A DNA stretch of 64,000 bases from Malacoraja senta (Eukaryota): the NCBI GenBank assembly GCA_038087875.1, contig CM075988.1:16184001-16248000 (forward strand), written 5' to 3'. A program made the translations under genes and the position numbers. Position 1 is the stretch's first letter. Each line of letters begins with the position of its first letter. Below the pieces are notes generated by a model. That model was not told the DNA's origin, did no database searches, and saw nothing but the letters and a program-made list of their open reading frames with translations. Of the stretch, positions 10,969-24,100 are shown one piece after another.

Positions 10969-13123
10969 AATAGACAATAGGTGCAGGAGTAGGCCATTCG
11001 GCCCTTCGAGCCAGCACCGCCATTCAATGTGATCATGGCTGATCATCCCCAATCAGTACCCCGTTCCTGCCTTCTCCCCATATCCCCTGACTCCGCTATT
11101 TTTAAGAGCCCTATCTAGCTCTTTCTTGAAAGCATCCAGAGAACCTGCCTCCACCGCCCTCTGAGGCAGAGAATTCCACAGACTCACCACTCTCTGTGAG
11201 AAAAAGTGTTTCCTCGTCTCTGTTCTAAATGGCTTACTCCTTATTCTTAAACTGTGGCCCCTGGTTCTGGACTCCCCCAACATCGGGAACATGTTTCCTG
11301 CCTCTAGCGTGTCCAAACCGTTAACAATCTTATATGTTTCAATGAGAATCCCTCTCATCCTTCTAAACTCCAGAGTGTACAAGCCCAGCCGCTCCATTCT
11401 CTCAGCATATGACAGTCCCGCCATCCCGGGAATTAACCTTGTAAACCTACGCTGCACTCCCTCAATAGCAAGAATGTCCTTCCTCAAATTAGGGGACCAA
11501 AACTGCACACAATACTCCAGGTGTGGTCTCACTAGGGCTCTGTACAACTGCAGAAGGACCTCTTTGCTCCTATATTCAATTCCTCTTGTTATAAAGGCCA
11601 ACATGCCATTCACTTTCTTCACTGCCTGCTTACTTTCATAGACTGATGTACAAGGAACCCCGATCCCATTGTACTTCCCCTTTTCCCAACTTGACGCCAT
11701 TTGGATAGTAATCTGCCTTCCTGTTTTTGCTACCAAAGTGGATAACCTCACATTTATCTGCATTAAACTTCATCTGCCATGCATCTGCCCACTCCCCCAA
11801 CCTGTCCAAGTCACCCTGCATTCTCATAGCATTCTCCTCACAGTACACACTGCCACCCGCTTTGTGTCATCTGCAAATTTGCTAATGTTATTTTGAATCC
11901 CTTCATCCAAATCATTGATGTATATTGTAAATATTTGTGGTCCCAGCACCGAGCCTTGCAGTACCCCACTAGTCACTGCCTGCCATTCTGAAAGGGACCC
12001 GTTAATCCCTACTCTTTGTTTCCTGTCTGCCAACCACTTCTCTATCCATGCCAGCACTCTGCCCCCAATACCATGTGCCCTAATTTTGCCCACTAATCTC
12101 CTATGTGGGACCTTATCAAATGCTTTCTGAAAGTCTAGATACACTACATCCACTGGCTCTCCCTTGTCCACTTTCCTAGTTACATCTTCAAAAAATTCCA
12201 GAAGATTAGTCAAGCATGATTTCCCCTTCGTAAATCCACAGCAGTAACTCCTGTTATTGCTATCCAAATGTTCGGGTATCTCATCTTTTATAATTGACTC
12301 CAGCATCTTCCCCACCACCGATGTCAGGCTAACTGGTCTATAATTCCCTGTTTTCTCTCCCCCGCCTTTCTTAAAAAGTGTGATAACATTAGCTACCCTC
12401 AAATCCACAGGAACTGATCCTGAGTCTATAGAACATTGGAAAATTATCACCAATGCATCCACGATTTCTAGAGCCACTTCCTTAAGTACCCTGGGATGCA
12501 GACCATCAGGCCCTGGGGATTTATCAGCCTTCAGTCCCATCAGTCTATCCAACACCAATACCTGCCTAATGTGGATTTCCTTCAGTTCCTCTGTCACCCC
12601 AGATCCTCTGGCCACTACTATATCAGGAAGATTGATTGTGTCCTCCTTAGTGAAGACGGATTCAAAGTGCCTGTTCAACTCATCTGCCATTTCCTTGTTC
12701 CCCATAATAAATTCATCTTTTTCGGTCTTCAAGGGTCCAACTTTGGTCTTAACTAATTTTGTCCTCTTCACATACCTAAAGAAGCTTTTACTATCCTGCT
12801 TTATATTCTTGGGTAGCTTACCTTCGTACCTCATCTTTTCTTCCCGTATTGTCTTTGGTTATCTTCTGTTGTTCTTTAAACATTACCCAATCCTCTTGCT
12901 TCCCGCTCATCTTTGCTACGTTGTACTTCTTTGCTTTAATATTTTATTGTCCCTTGTCAGCCTTGGTCGTCCCTTTCTCCCATTGGAACCTTTCTTCCTC
13001 CTAGGAATGAACTGATCCTGCACCTTCTGTATTATTCCTAGAAATACCTACCATTTTTGTTCCACTATCATCCCTGCTAGTGTATCTTTCCAGTCAACTT
13101 TGGCCAGCCCCTCCCTCATGGCC
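10969..13123 (-). mobile_element. CR1 LINE, 5'-truncated, frameshifted ORF2
   Basis: ORFs 11824-12834 and 11053-11763 with [47 protein letters not shown]; (tctattg)n tail; 7-bp TSD CCATCTC at 10962-10968 and 13124-13130 inside a Penelope-derived palindrome. Confidence 0.95.
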
Positions 13124-13459
13124 CCATCTCTGGAGAGACGGAATGGTCTTCTGACTGAAGAAGGGGTCTCGATCCGAAACGTCACCCATTTTGTCCAGAG
13201 ATGCTGCCTGTCCCGCTGAGTTACTCCAGCATTTTGTCTATCTACAGTATATAGTCAAGTACTCTTTTAGTTTAGTTAAGAAGAGCTTCTTCTTAGACAA
13301 TCGATGATAACTTGTTTCCAATCCAGTTTTGTTGGTTCTGAGTGGAGCATTGAAGCCAATGTGGGAACGACTTATTCTTCCAAGAAGGTACTTGCGTTAG
13401 ATAGTCTGCAAGATGATACCTTCTTTCCACTGTTCACGCAGGGCTTCTGTTTGCACCCG

Positions 13460-13725
13460 AACGTGGACGTGACATTCTTGATACCATCCCGAATACTACT
13501 TCACTACTTTGACCACTCTGGCTGGTCATAAGCCAGCAATTTTCAAGAGCCAGTGGGAATATTGAAGTGTTTAATGGAGGCATTGACTACATTCTTAATC
13601 ATTTCTTCTGCCCCTCCACTGATGTCTTTTCATGATAGAGGTCAGAATAGATAGTCTGTTTCTGATAGTTGGTATCAGAGGCGTGCAGATAAGGTGGCCT
13701 GCCAAACGGATTTGACAGAGATGAA
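13460..13725 (-). mobile_element. Ancient RTE-clade LINE remnant
   Basis: Frameshifted minus-strand peptide QIRLAGHLI..QKQTIYSDLYHEKTSVEGQKK..NASIKHFNIPTGS*KLLAYDQPEW resembles the RTE ORF C-terminus (RWAGH..KQI.YSEL..GGQ.KR). Confidence 0.6.
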
Positions 13726-13992
13726 TTAGGACACCATTTCTGGGGCTGTTAAACTGCGAGAGGATGCTGGCATTAGTTCACATGCTTCAATGCCTGCAAG
13801 ATGGAAACTTCAAAAATCTCCAATTATGAATTATATTCCAAACTTGAGCACCCTTGATTCTGTGCCATGTTAAACTATTCAGCCACAGAGTTTTTGCATA
13901 ACCAAAAGCTGGAGTGAGATGTGTGGATGTGCTGGTGCCTGGTTAGAAAACATAATTAGATCACACTTACTTGGAAATTGTCATTCTTTTCA

Positions 13993-14350
13993 GGGTAATG
14001 AGGGGTGAGCTCATTGAAACATAAAAGATGCCGAGGGAACTTGACAAGGTGATGTTGAGAGGATGTCTTCCCTTGTTGGTGGAATGTAGAACAGGGAGAC
14101 ACATTTAAATTTAGGGGTCACGGTTTATGGAGAGATGAGGTGGAATTTCTCTGAGAGGGTTTGTTTGGAATTAATTTCCACAGTGATCTGTGAAGGATAA
14201 ATCATTGAATATATTCAAAGCCGTGATAGATTTTAGAGTAATGAGAAAACAATAGTTGTGGGGAACATTCTCCACATAGAAAATGGAGCAGGGCAGCCAT
14301 GATCTTATTGACTATGGAGCTGACTTAAGGAGACCTTTGGCCTACATGTT
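13993..14350 (+). mobile_element. Highly decayed CR1 3' fragment
   Basis: gaggggtgagctcattgaaaca..gatgttgagaggatg..cagccatgatcttattga, matching other CR1 3' ends in the window. Confidence 0.6.
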
Positions 14351-17300
14351 CTTGCAACTCTCTTTGAAGATACAAGGCAACAGTCTTTAATGAGATTCCA
14401 CCTACAAGAGGAATACCCCTTGTAAACACCAGCTACTTGAGAACTCCATTGAAAGAGAGCTTACAGATCAGTACTGAAGAAGTACCTGTTTCCACCTCTT
14501 GAATCTCTCACCCTCCTTAGGCAGAATTAATGATTTCCAACATTCCACTCAAGCACACACAATGGGCCCATCAATATGTCTGTTATGGAACTGATTCATT
14601 CAGTTCAATAGCTAACTCTTAAGTGTTTTAATTGCTCTTTCTTGGATTGGGGAGAGATTGAATTTCATATTATTTTGTAATTTGCTGTAATTATATTGCT
14701 CAGCTAAAAAGATCAAGAGGTGGCTAAGGAATCGTTTAGAGTTGGGATGATTTCCATTACATTTCATGTTTGGTTGGCACAGGGATTATGATGCAAATCT
14801 TGCATCTGTAGATATGCAGAAGCATTCAATATAATTGTGGAGCAACATCCTATTCTGTTAAATCTTGTCTTATTTCCAAACACACTGTCAAAGTGTTGTG
14901 AAACAGGAGTGTTCCCAAAGTTCTTAGTACAATGCCATGATTCTCGGTCAATATCAGGTGTAACTTCAGCCCCGGTGGCTTTTGGTTAATTACGATCTTG
15001 CGACTGTGTGAGAATGGAAAAATACAATGTATTTAAGTTGCCCTGAGGCATTTATTGGAAATGTTTTAAAATGTTTATTGCTGTAATCTAGGTAATGTGG
15101 CTTTAATTGTACACCACCTGTAAAGAGAGGGTTAGGTTGTAACATGTTGAGTAGTGATTCCTTGGATAGAGAAGGTTATATAATCTGTCAGCTAAAACAG
15201 AGTTGTCAGCAAAACCGGCTTTTAGGAATAAAGATGGCTGTTATTCGGGACTTTATCTTTGGACTGGGTCGTGACTGGTTTCAAAGGAAAACTGCAGGCC
15301 GTGCTATGGAGAGGGCCGCCTGCCACTGACAGGGGGGTCCAGCAGGCATTGTTAAGTATAAGTTGTTAAGTATAGATGCTTTGTCCACGATAAACCTCAT
15401 GTTAATTAATACTTTGTGTGGTCTCTGGTACCAAAACCGAATAGTCGCAGTCAAAGCGCCTAGAGTAGGTGTTGCTTGTTGCATTACGCAACCTCCCTCT
15501 AATACCAGTAACAATCATCACAGCCCTGGTCCATGCAAGGGCTAAAGAGCTGGATTCCAGAGGTAAGGTGAAAGTGGCTGCTTCATCAATGTCCTTGCAT
15601 CCATCCTGAGGTCAGCGGTGGAAAGGAAAGGTTTGCTGATGATTGCATTAATATTCAAATATATTCATAAACTCCTTAGCAAGTGAAGCAGTCTATGCTT
15701 GCATAGAGCACAGTGGTACAACAGATTAAGCTGGCCTGGCCTCGGGTGCTGTTGCAGTTGGCAAATTCTGCCTGTAACCATGCGGGGCTCCCCCAGGTGC
15801 ATTGGTTTCGTGCACCTGGATAACCTGGGTATTGGCAACACATGATGCCGTTAAACTAGTCTCCTCTGCCTGCACGGAACCCATATCCCTCCATTCTTTG
15901 CACATCCCAATGATATGTTGGTTCATAGGTTAATTTGTTGTTGTAAATCACCTTTCCACTAAGTGGATGGGGAGTACATGAGCTTAGAAGCGAGAGCAGG
16001 ATAGGGAGAGAATAAGTGGGATATGCGAGGAAAAGCCTGGGAACTATAGTCCAGTGAGTCTGTGGTGGGCATGTAACTAGAGAGTATTATGAGAGATGTA
16101 TATGCATTTGAATAGAAAGGGGCTGATTAGGGATAATCAGCAGCCTACCCTGTGGAACCATTTCAAACGCCTTGCTAAAGTCTATATGGACAATGTCTAC
16201 AGCTTTGCCCTTGTTAACCATTTTGGTTCTTTAAAATAAACATTCAGATTCATAAGGCACGATGTCCCATGTCACAGCTCATGTTTTCATGCTCAAGGAC
16301 TTGAAGCCAAATGGTTCTAATCAAAACGAATGAGTGCTACAAGTAATAGCCAGAGTTATCAACACACCACAACAGAAAATGAACATGCTACTGCATTGCC
16401 ACAATGTTCACCCTATAGTTCCCTTCTCCACTCATGTGACAAATCTGCCCTCTTCAGGCAATCGAATCAATTTAAAATTGAATAGCTGATCCAATACTTT
16501 TTCTTTGTGACAGTATGTGCTAGAATGGTGTGCAGGCACCTCCAAAAAGTTAGACGTCATTATATCGTTTCCCAACCATCCCAGATGGTTTGATCCATCT
16601 TCTGGGGAATTAAAGTCGAATAATTGATAAAGTCTGCTCAATCCATGATTAAATGAGTGACCTGTGTCACTGAGCTCTTGCTGGGCTTCAGCAACGCGGC
16701 ACATCCTTGGTAGGTCTCCCAACATCACACCTCTTGAATCCCATGGCAATCAGACCCAACTCATCTGAACCTTCGCTCAGTCCGCCTGAACCTACCTGAT
16801 CTCACAACAGCAAACAATGGCCTGTTTCCTTTATAATCGTTACTTTTTTTGCATCTTTCATTAATTGTTCTTTATCTCTCCACATCAACGTCTATATCTC
16901 TCTCATTTCCTGAATCCCTAACCAGTCTGAAGAAGGGTCTCAACCTGAAATGTCACCCATTCCTTCTCTCCAGAGATTCTGCCTATCCCACTGAGTTACT
17001 CCAGCTTTTTATCCACCAGGTGACGCTTCGATGGCAGCCTCGCCTACAATCTGTCCTTTCGTCTTTTTTTGTTAATTTTAGTGTGTTTTAAAAGCATGTG
17101 TTAATGTTCTCTGGTTTGTTTTATGTGGGAGGGGGGATCGGGGGCCACTTTTTTTCAATCATTTACGTTGCTGGAGATGCGAATGTTTTCCGGATCTGAA
17201 AGTATGATTATGATATTTCTGTCTATCTCCACTCATCTCAATGTTTTACTTCAGCTTAAAGCTTTTATTGGTTTGTAAATAAGTTTAGTTTATCACCACA

Positions 17301-18052
17301 AGTACCGAGGTACAGTGAAAGGCTTTTGTTGCGTGCTAACCAGTAGGCGGAAAGACAATATATGATTACAATCGAACCATCCACAGTGTACAGATACATG
17401 ATAAAGGAAATAACGTGAAATGTTTTAATATGTTTATAATTCATTTCTTTAACTTTTCCGTTTGTTTAATTGCAAGATTTCTTTAGGAATAAAATCACGG
17501 CCTTCTCCCAGTACATCTGACTTGAGACCAGAGTCGGGTCAAAGCTTTGTTATCAAACCATTGTTTTATACCTCTTGCTGAAGTTTGGCACAATGAAGCA
17601 TTTCTGATTATTTAAATGAGATTTCCACTGGAAGTCATCGACCTGTAATATTGACTCAGTTTTCTATTTCTATATTTACATACAAAGGTGATGATTGAAC
17701 CTGGTCCAGCTGAGCTATTTATTACTGGCACAGATTGCTATATCATAGCTACTAGCCACGAACAAATATTTCTCCTCACATCCCTCTGTCTCTTTTTGCC
17801 CATTTGTTCAAATCTATATCCCCTGCCCTTCAACCATCTGTGATCACAATTTTTCTCCAGTTTTCCAATCTCTATAAATGTAATCTTATGCATCTTTCTC
17901 AAAACTCCACTTGACTTTCTATATCTGAACGAGTGCTACTTAGTATAGTGTTTTCTGTTAGCTGAAGGACATTTTGATGTCCTGAGGTTGTGAAAGTCTT
18001 TTCCAATGAGGTCCATCCTTTGAGTCTGAGTTAGATTCTTATTATTTTCCAG

Positions 18053-18166
18053 TGGGATCTGCTGCCAACAGTTCTTGTCCAATTGGTACCTATCCCTTTA
18101 CACCAGGGATTGGAAATCCAACCAACTGCAGAGCCTGCGAGCCAGGATACTGGTGCTGGATTGAAG
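18053..18166 (+). CDS. Exon 1 in window (phase 1/1), Cys-rich repeat
   Basis: ttttccag|..|gtttgt; GSAANSSCPIGTYPFTPGIGNPTNCRACEPGYWCWIE. Confidence 0.85.
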
Positions 18167-21100
18167 GTTTGTGAAACTTTTCTAATGGCTCTTCAGATTA
18201 TTCTAAAGTCAAAGAAATGTGAAGGATTTATGCCCAAAGTATAATTCTGCTTGTTAACGTTCATAAGTCATAGGAGAAAAATTAGGCCATTCGGCCCATC
18301 GATTCTACTCCACCATTCAATCATGGCGGGTCTATCATTCCCTCTCAATCTCAGCTTGAAATCTCAAGCTTGAAATCTAGACCTAGCAAAGACCAAGCAC
18401 TCTGATCCATTTGCAAAATAAAATAAGGTGGAGGGATGTTTAGTTTATTTTAGGTACACAAAAATGCTGGAGAAACTCAGCGGGTGCAGCAGCATCTATG
18501 GAGCGAAGGAAATAGGCAACGTTTCGGGCCGAAACCCTTCTTCAGACTTTTTAGTTTAGTTTGGGTGAAATGAGAAAATAATTATTTCTTTACAGAGTTC
18601 TCCAGAGCTATGGACATCTGGAATTTGAACATTTCAGACTATATTTTTGGTTTAATTTGATGTGGTGTATTAAAGTTGAGCAAAATCAGGCATTTCTGAT
18701 TATTCACAGGAAATCTGGCCATTTCACTATGTCATTCACCTGTAATATGGGCACAGTTTTCTCTTTCCGTCAGCATGGCCTGACCTTCTGGACATGTCCA
18801 ACCGTCTTGCATTTTGCAGGATTTTATGTCACCTTATTTGAATTATCGGCCTTCACCAGCCGCCATTAATCGATTAACCAGAGAACTTCCACAGCTTATC
18901 GCTACGGTAACCCTGGCCTAACCCTGTCACAGGTTTTCTCTTTTTATTTCCTATCAATGCCTCCCCCACTGCTCTGCAACTTGAATGCAACTTGTCATAG
19001 AATAATAGAGTGTGGAAACAGGCCCTTCGGCCCAACTTGCCCACATCGGCCAACTTGTCTTTCTCTCTTTCCCACCTCCGATAAAACGTTTCAATGTTAC
19101 CTCTGGGTCTTTTACCACAGATACCACCGGACCTGATTGGTGTTTCCAGCATGTTCTGATTTTACTCCAGGGGCTGGTTTGATGTAAAGTCTTCTACATC
19201 ACAGCATTCTGAGAGTCAATAGACCAAGCAAAGATTGGAATTGTTTCTCCATGTGTCACAAAGGCTGGTTGGCTGGCAGCATTATTTGGGGAGGAGAGCG
19301 TGTAGAACTTGGTGTCTGTAGAACCCATAGTGAGACATAAAACAAACACAAGACTGGTCAATGAGTAGTGGGCTCAAGCTTAACCCATGTAAAAATGAGC
19401 CTTTCCTTAATTATTTGTCCATAATATCGTGCCCTGGGACTCTCATGAAAGCAAGTGTTTGCTCATTGCACATATAAAATGGGGGGGATGGATGCAAGCT
19501 AATTCTAACTTGGAATTTGATACTCAGTGTTTCAAGTGATGGAACAGGATTCTTCAATCATTGTAATTAGCATAATCAAGGACGAGTCGCACCCCAGCCA
19601 CTCCCTCCCATCGAGCAAAAGATATAGAAGTGTGAAAACGCACATCACCAGATTCAGGGACAGTTTCTTCTTGGCTGTTATCAGGCAACTGAACCATCCT
19701 ACCAACAACTATAGAGCAGTCCTGAGCTACCATCTATTCATTGGAGATCCTTGGACTTTACTGGACCTTATCTTGCACTAAATATTATTCACGTTATTCC
19801 CATTATCATGTATCTGTCTGCACTCTATGGATGGCTCGATTGTAATCATGTATTGCCTTTCTGCTAACTTATTAGCGCGCAACAAAAGCTTTTCACTGTA
19901 CCTCAGTACACGTGACAATAAACTAAACACAAACAATGAAAAGCATATTTCCTGACTTAGTTTATCCTCCAAATGTGCCCCATTTAATTTTCTTAACCAT
20001 TACTTATTCTGGTAAAATACGAGTTGCCGCCAGAGACCCCAACTATTCCGGTTTTGCCCTTCACATAATCACACCACAATTTCCACTGTGAATGACATTA
20101 ATACAAATAATATACTCGCCAATCATCACTGTTGGTGCTAACGTTTGATATTTAGCACACAATTTGTAGTTTGTGATCATTCTGCACTTGTTGCATTTTA
20201 CTGCAAACATCATTGCTTTTGTCAAGAACCATTGCAACAGTTCCAGGTGTGCGTTGGTGTTTGCTGCAGTTCAAAGACTGTTTTAAGTGGACTGTTTGCT
20301 GCTTGCCACTGCACACTGAGAGCCTTTATTGTAAAATAAACTATTGGGGTGAACATGAAACTACATCAACAATGATTTGTGGTCACGAGTCCACCTCCTG
20401 CATGGCATCGTCAAGAACAAGACCATCTCTCCCTTCGATGGCATTGTTCTGGGTATGAAGACCAGCAGTGTCCTGGGTTTGGATACCCAGTAAGTCTTCA
20501 CAACATCGTCCCCTGCAGATCCGGGTAATGTTGCCTTTTCTGTTTCCTATTGTTTTAGGGCTCCTGGATTACACTCATTACCCCTGTCCCATTGCTCACT
20601 TTTGTCCAAAGGGAACAGGGTCTCTTGGGGATGAACACCTTCCTAAGCCCTGTCCTCCAGGCACATACAGAGACGTTGAACAGGGAGCAGGTACGTTTGG
20701 AAAATCTTAGGCATGCCTCTGATTATGTGACGGTGCCATCTGCTAAATTATAGGGAGGTATTCATCTGATTGTCTCGTTTTTTGCCCTAGATATTCTTGA
20801 CTGTTGGCCATGCCCAGCTGGAACATATAGTCTGATCAAAGCAGCTGTAAGCTGCATCCAGTGTGATCCTGGGATGTTCTGTCCGGAGGGAACACAAAAC
20901 CAAACCCTCTGCCCAGCAGGTATGGACCAGTGTGTGGAAGAAAGATCTGCAGATGCTGGTTTAAACTGAAGATCGACACAAAATGCTGGAGTAACTCAGC
21001 GGGACAGGCAGCATGTCTGGAGAGAAGGAATGGGTGACGTTTCAGGTCGAGACCCTTCTTCAGACCGATCGGGTTCAATCCTGACTTTGGGTGCTGTCCG

Positions 21101-24100
21101 CGTGGAGGTTGCATGTTCCCCCTGTGACCATATGCTTTCCTCCGGGTGCTCCGGTTTCCTACCGCATCCCAAAGACATGCAAGTTTGTAGGTTAATTGGC
21201 CTCTATAAATCGTCCCTAATGAGTAGGGGATGGAGGCAAAAGTGGGATTACATTGAACGATTGGAGGGGATGGGATTACATTGAACGATTGTGAACGGGT
21301 GATTGATCGATGCTGTATCTTTCAATTCAATTCCAAATGTGTAGAAACTCCCAAAGAAAGACCAGTTTTCCGTGATTTCCATGGCTATTGCTCCATAGTT
21401 ATGGCGGACAAATAGGAGAACTTTCCAAACAGCAAAACACATCCTTTCAAATCACAAAAAGTGCTGGGATTTCTGTGGAATAATCTGAATGGAGCTGAAA
21501 TGATGAGAATCTGGGCTATTGTTCTGTGTTCCAGGTTATTACTGCAGCATGGCCTTGCCCTATTTGCCCTGTCCTGCTGGTTATTACTGTCCAGAGGGGG
21601 CTCAGGCTCCAGTCGAATGCCCAGTTGGACATTACTGTCCTCAGGATATTGTTGTCAGCCATGAAGATTCCATGCAGGGTAAGCACGTTGTTATCTGATA
21701 TTGACCTTATTTCGATCAAAGATAGACACTAAATGCTGGAGTAGCTCAGAGGGTCAGGCAGCATCCCAGGAGAAAAGGAATAGGTGATGTTTCAGGCTGG
21801 AATCCATCTTCAGACCTCCTTCAGTCTGAAGAAGGGTCCGATCTGAAACGTCAACTACTCCTGTTCTCCAGAGATGCTGCCTGACCTGCTGCGTTACTTT
21901 AGCATTATGTGTCTATCTACGGTATAAACCAGCATCTGCAGTTCCTTCCTACACATTATTTCAATCAAATATGATCTGTTTTACTGTTCATGATCAAATG
22001 GAATACATTGTATTTTTGGTGAAGTGTTTAAAAAAAAAAAAAGAACTGCAGATGCTGGTTTACAAAAAAAACTAAAAGTGCTGGAGTAACTCAGGATCAG
22101 GCAGCATCCCTGGAGAACATGGGGAGGTGACGGATGATAGTTTCGGATGAGGACCCTTCCTCAGAGTATTTTTGGCCGTGGAGAAAGCTAAAGGCCTTAT
22201 CTTATTCCATATCTTAATTGTTTAGACATTAACACAGGAACGGTGTACATGTTCTGCAAGAGAATATTATAAAGCTACACAGTACTTACACAACTTTAAT
22301 CTTTTGTCAGTTATCGGCGCAATGAAGCCAGTGAAATGTCCTCTGGGATACCGGGAGTATGATGGATCCAGTAGGAACACCTTCAACGGCACTTGTGAGC
22401 CGTGCCCAGCAGGTTATTATGGGAACCACAGCGAACGCCAGGTCTGCTTAGAGTGCCGAGCGGGTGTGGTCTGCCTTCAAGCAGCCACCACCACTGATCC
22501 AACGTCAAACGTGACAGAGCACGGGATGATGGCGGTCAGATCTTACGTCTGTCCAAAAGGTAGATTGGTTTTGAAGAGCAACCGTCTCTTTCAACTGAAC
22601 CATTGTACCTGACCTGAGATCAGATGCATTAACACAACTGTAGTCACATAGACTCACACAGCACAAAAACAGGGTCTTAGGCTCAACTTCTCCATGCTGA
22701 CCAAGAAGCCCCATCTAAGCCACTCCCATTTGTCTGCAATTGGCCCATATCCGTATAAAACTTCTCTCTCCATGTACCTTTCCAAATGTCTTTTCATTAT
22801 TCGTGAATTTCAGTATTCCTATAGTAACTGCCTCAACTGCTTCCTCTGGCAGCTCATTCCATAAACCAACCACCCTCATTGTTAAACCATTGCCCCTTGG
22901 ATTCCTTTTAAATCGTTCTCCTCTCAGCAAAACTTAAACTAGAGCGTAAGCCTGATCTTCCAACCTACCTCATTGTGAACCTTGGACTTTTTTCTGTAAC
23001 AATAATGTCATAACTTTGTAATACTATATTCTGCACATTGGTATTTTTCTCTTTGCATGTTCTGTTGTACGCTGTGAGTTGATTGTACTCGAGTATGATT
23101 GATATGGCTGGATAGCACACAAATAATATTTTTCAATGTATCTCACTGCACCTGACAATAATAAACCAATACTAATACCAGCAATCAAAATTCTGGTTTT
23201 ATTCTGCGATATGCTAAAGAAAAAGTGTGGCACAGTGGTGCAGCGGTAGAGTTACTGCCTTACAGTGGCAGAGACCCGGGTTTGATCCTCAGTTTGTACA
23301 TTCTCTCTGTGACCACGTGAGTTTTCTCTGGGTGCTCCGATTTCCTCCCACACTCCAAAGATGTACAGGATCGTAGGTTAATTGGCTTCAGTAAACATTG
23401 CAAGGATAATGCTAATGTACAGGGTGATTGCTAGTCAGCATGGATTCGGTGGGCCAAAGAGCCCGTTTCCACGCCGTATCTTTAAAGTCTAAAATGTATC
23501 TGCCAGAAAGGTGAACTCACTAAAAGCACACCTTCTGCATAATCATTTGCAGGTCACTACTGCCCTGACGGGAGTGCTGCGGCAGTTCCTTGTCCCATGG
23601 GTACTTACAATCCCAGTGAACGAGCGGGCAACGTGGAGAGCTGCCTGAGGTGTCCCACCAACCGCTTCAACCATTTAACAGGTCAAGCTGCCTGCTTCAT
23701 CTGTGGTTCACAGGCCCTGCAGCCTGAAGAAGGGCACGACCATTGCGTTTGCATCCAGTCTGGACAGATATTCCAGGTGAGAACATTAAGGTTTGTACCT
23801 CTTCAGGAACGGTTTCCTCCCCGATGTCATCAGACTACTGAACATCCGAGGTCCTCTCATAAGCTAAGTCCCTGTAGTCCCTTTAGAAGAAGCACTTTTT
23901 CTGCAATGCTATAACACTGTACTATATTCCACACTCTGGTATCTTTCTCTTTGCACTACCTGTGGTAGTTGTGTATAGTGTGATTGTCCTTGTGAATAGT
24001 ATGGTTTGACTGGATTGTATGACTGTGTATCCTGGTACACATGGCAAAAAATAAACTGAACCAATACCAATAGCTTGGAGCAATCACCTAACTAGAATCC

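Noticed and set aside
12380..13015. 211-aa plus-strand ORF (and similar ORFs at 38889-39395 and 41335-41739)
   Set aside because: Antisense shadow frames of CR1 coding sequence
14907..14984. Phase 1/1 open segment (VFPKFLVQCHDSRSISGVTSAPVAF) as a possible upstream exon of the large gene
   Set aside because: Weak acceptor and donor, and no Cys-repeat motif to join to exon 1; unsupported
15082..15512. Possible solo LTR (TG start, TATA-like ttatataa, AATAAA)
   Set aside because: No TSD or clear matching CA end found, and no second copy in the window
18053..23776. Assignment as an Eph receptor, SCUBE, SVEP1, TNFR or laminin gene
   Set aside because: Only the Cys-rich repeat is shared; no kinase, CUB, sushi, FN3 or death domain appears in the traced exons
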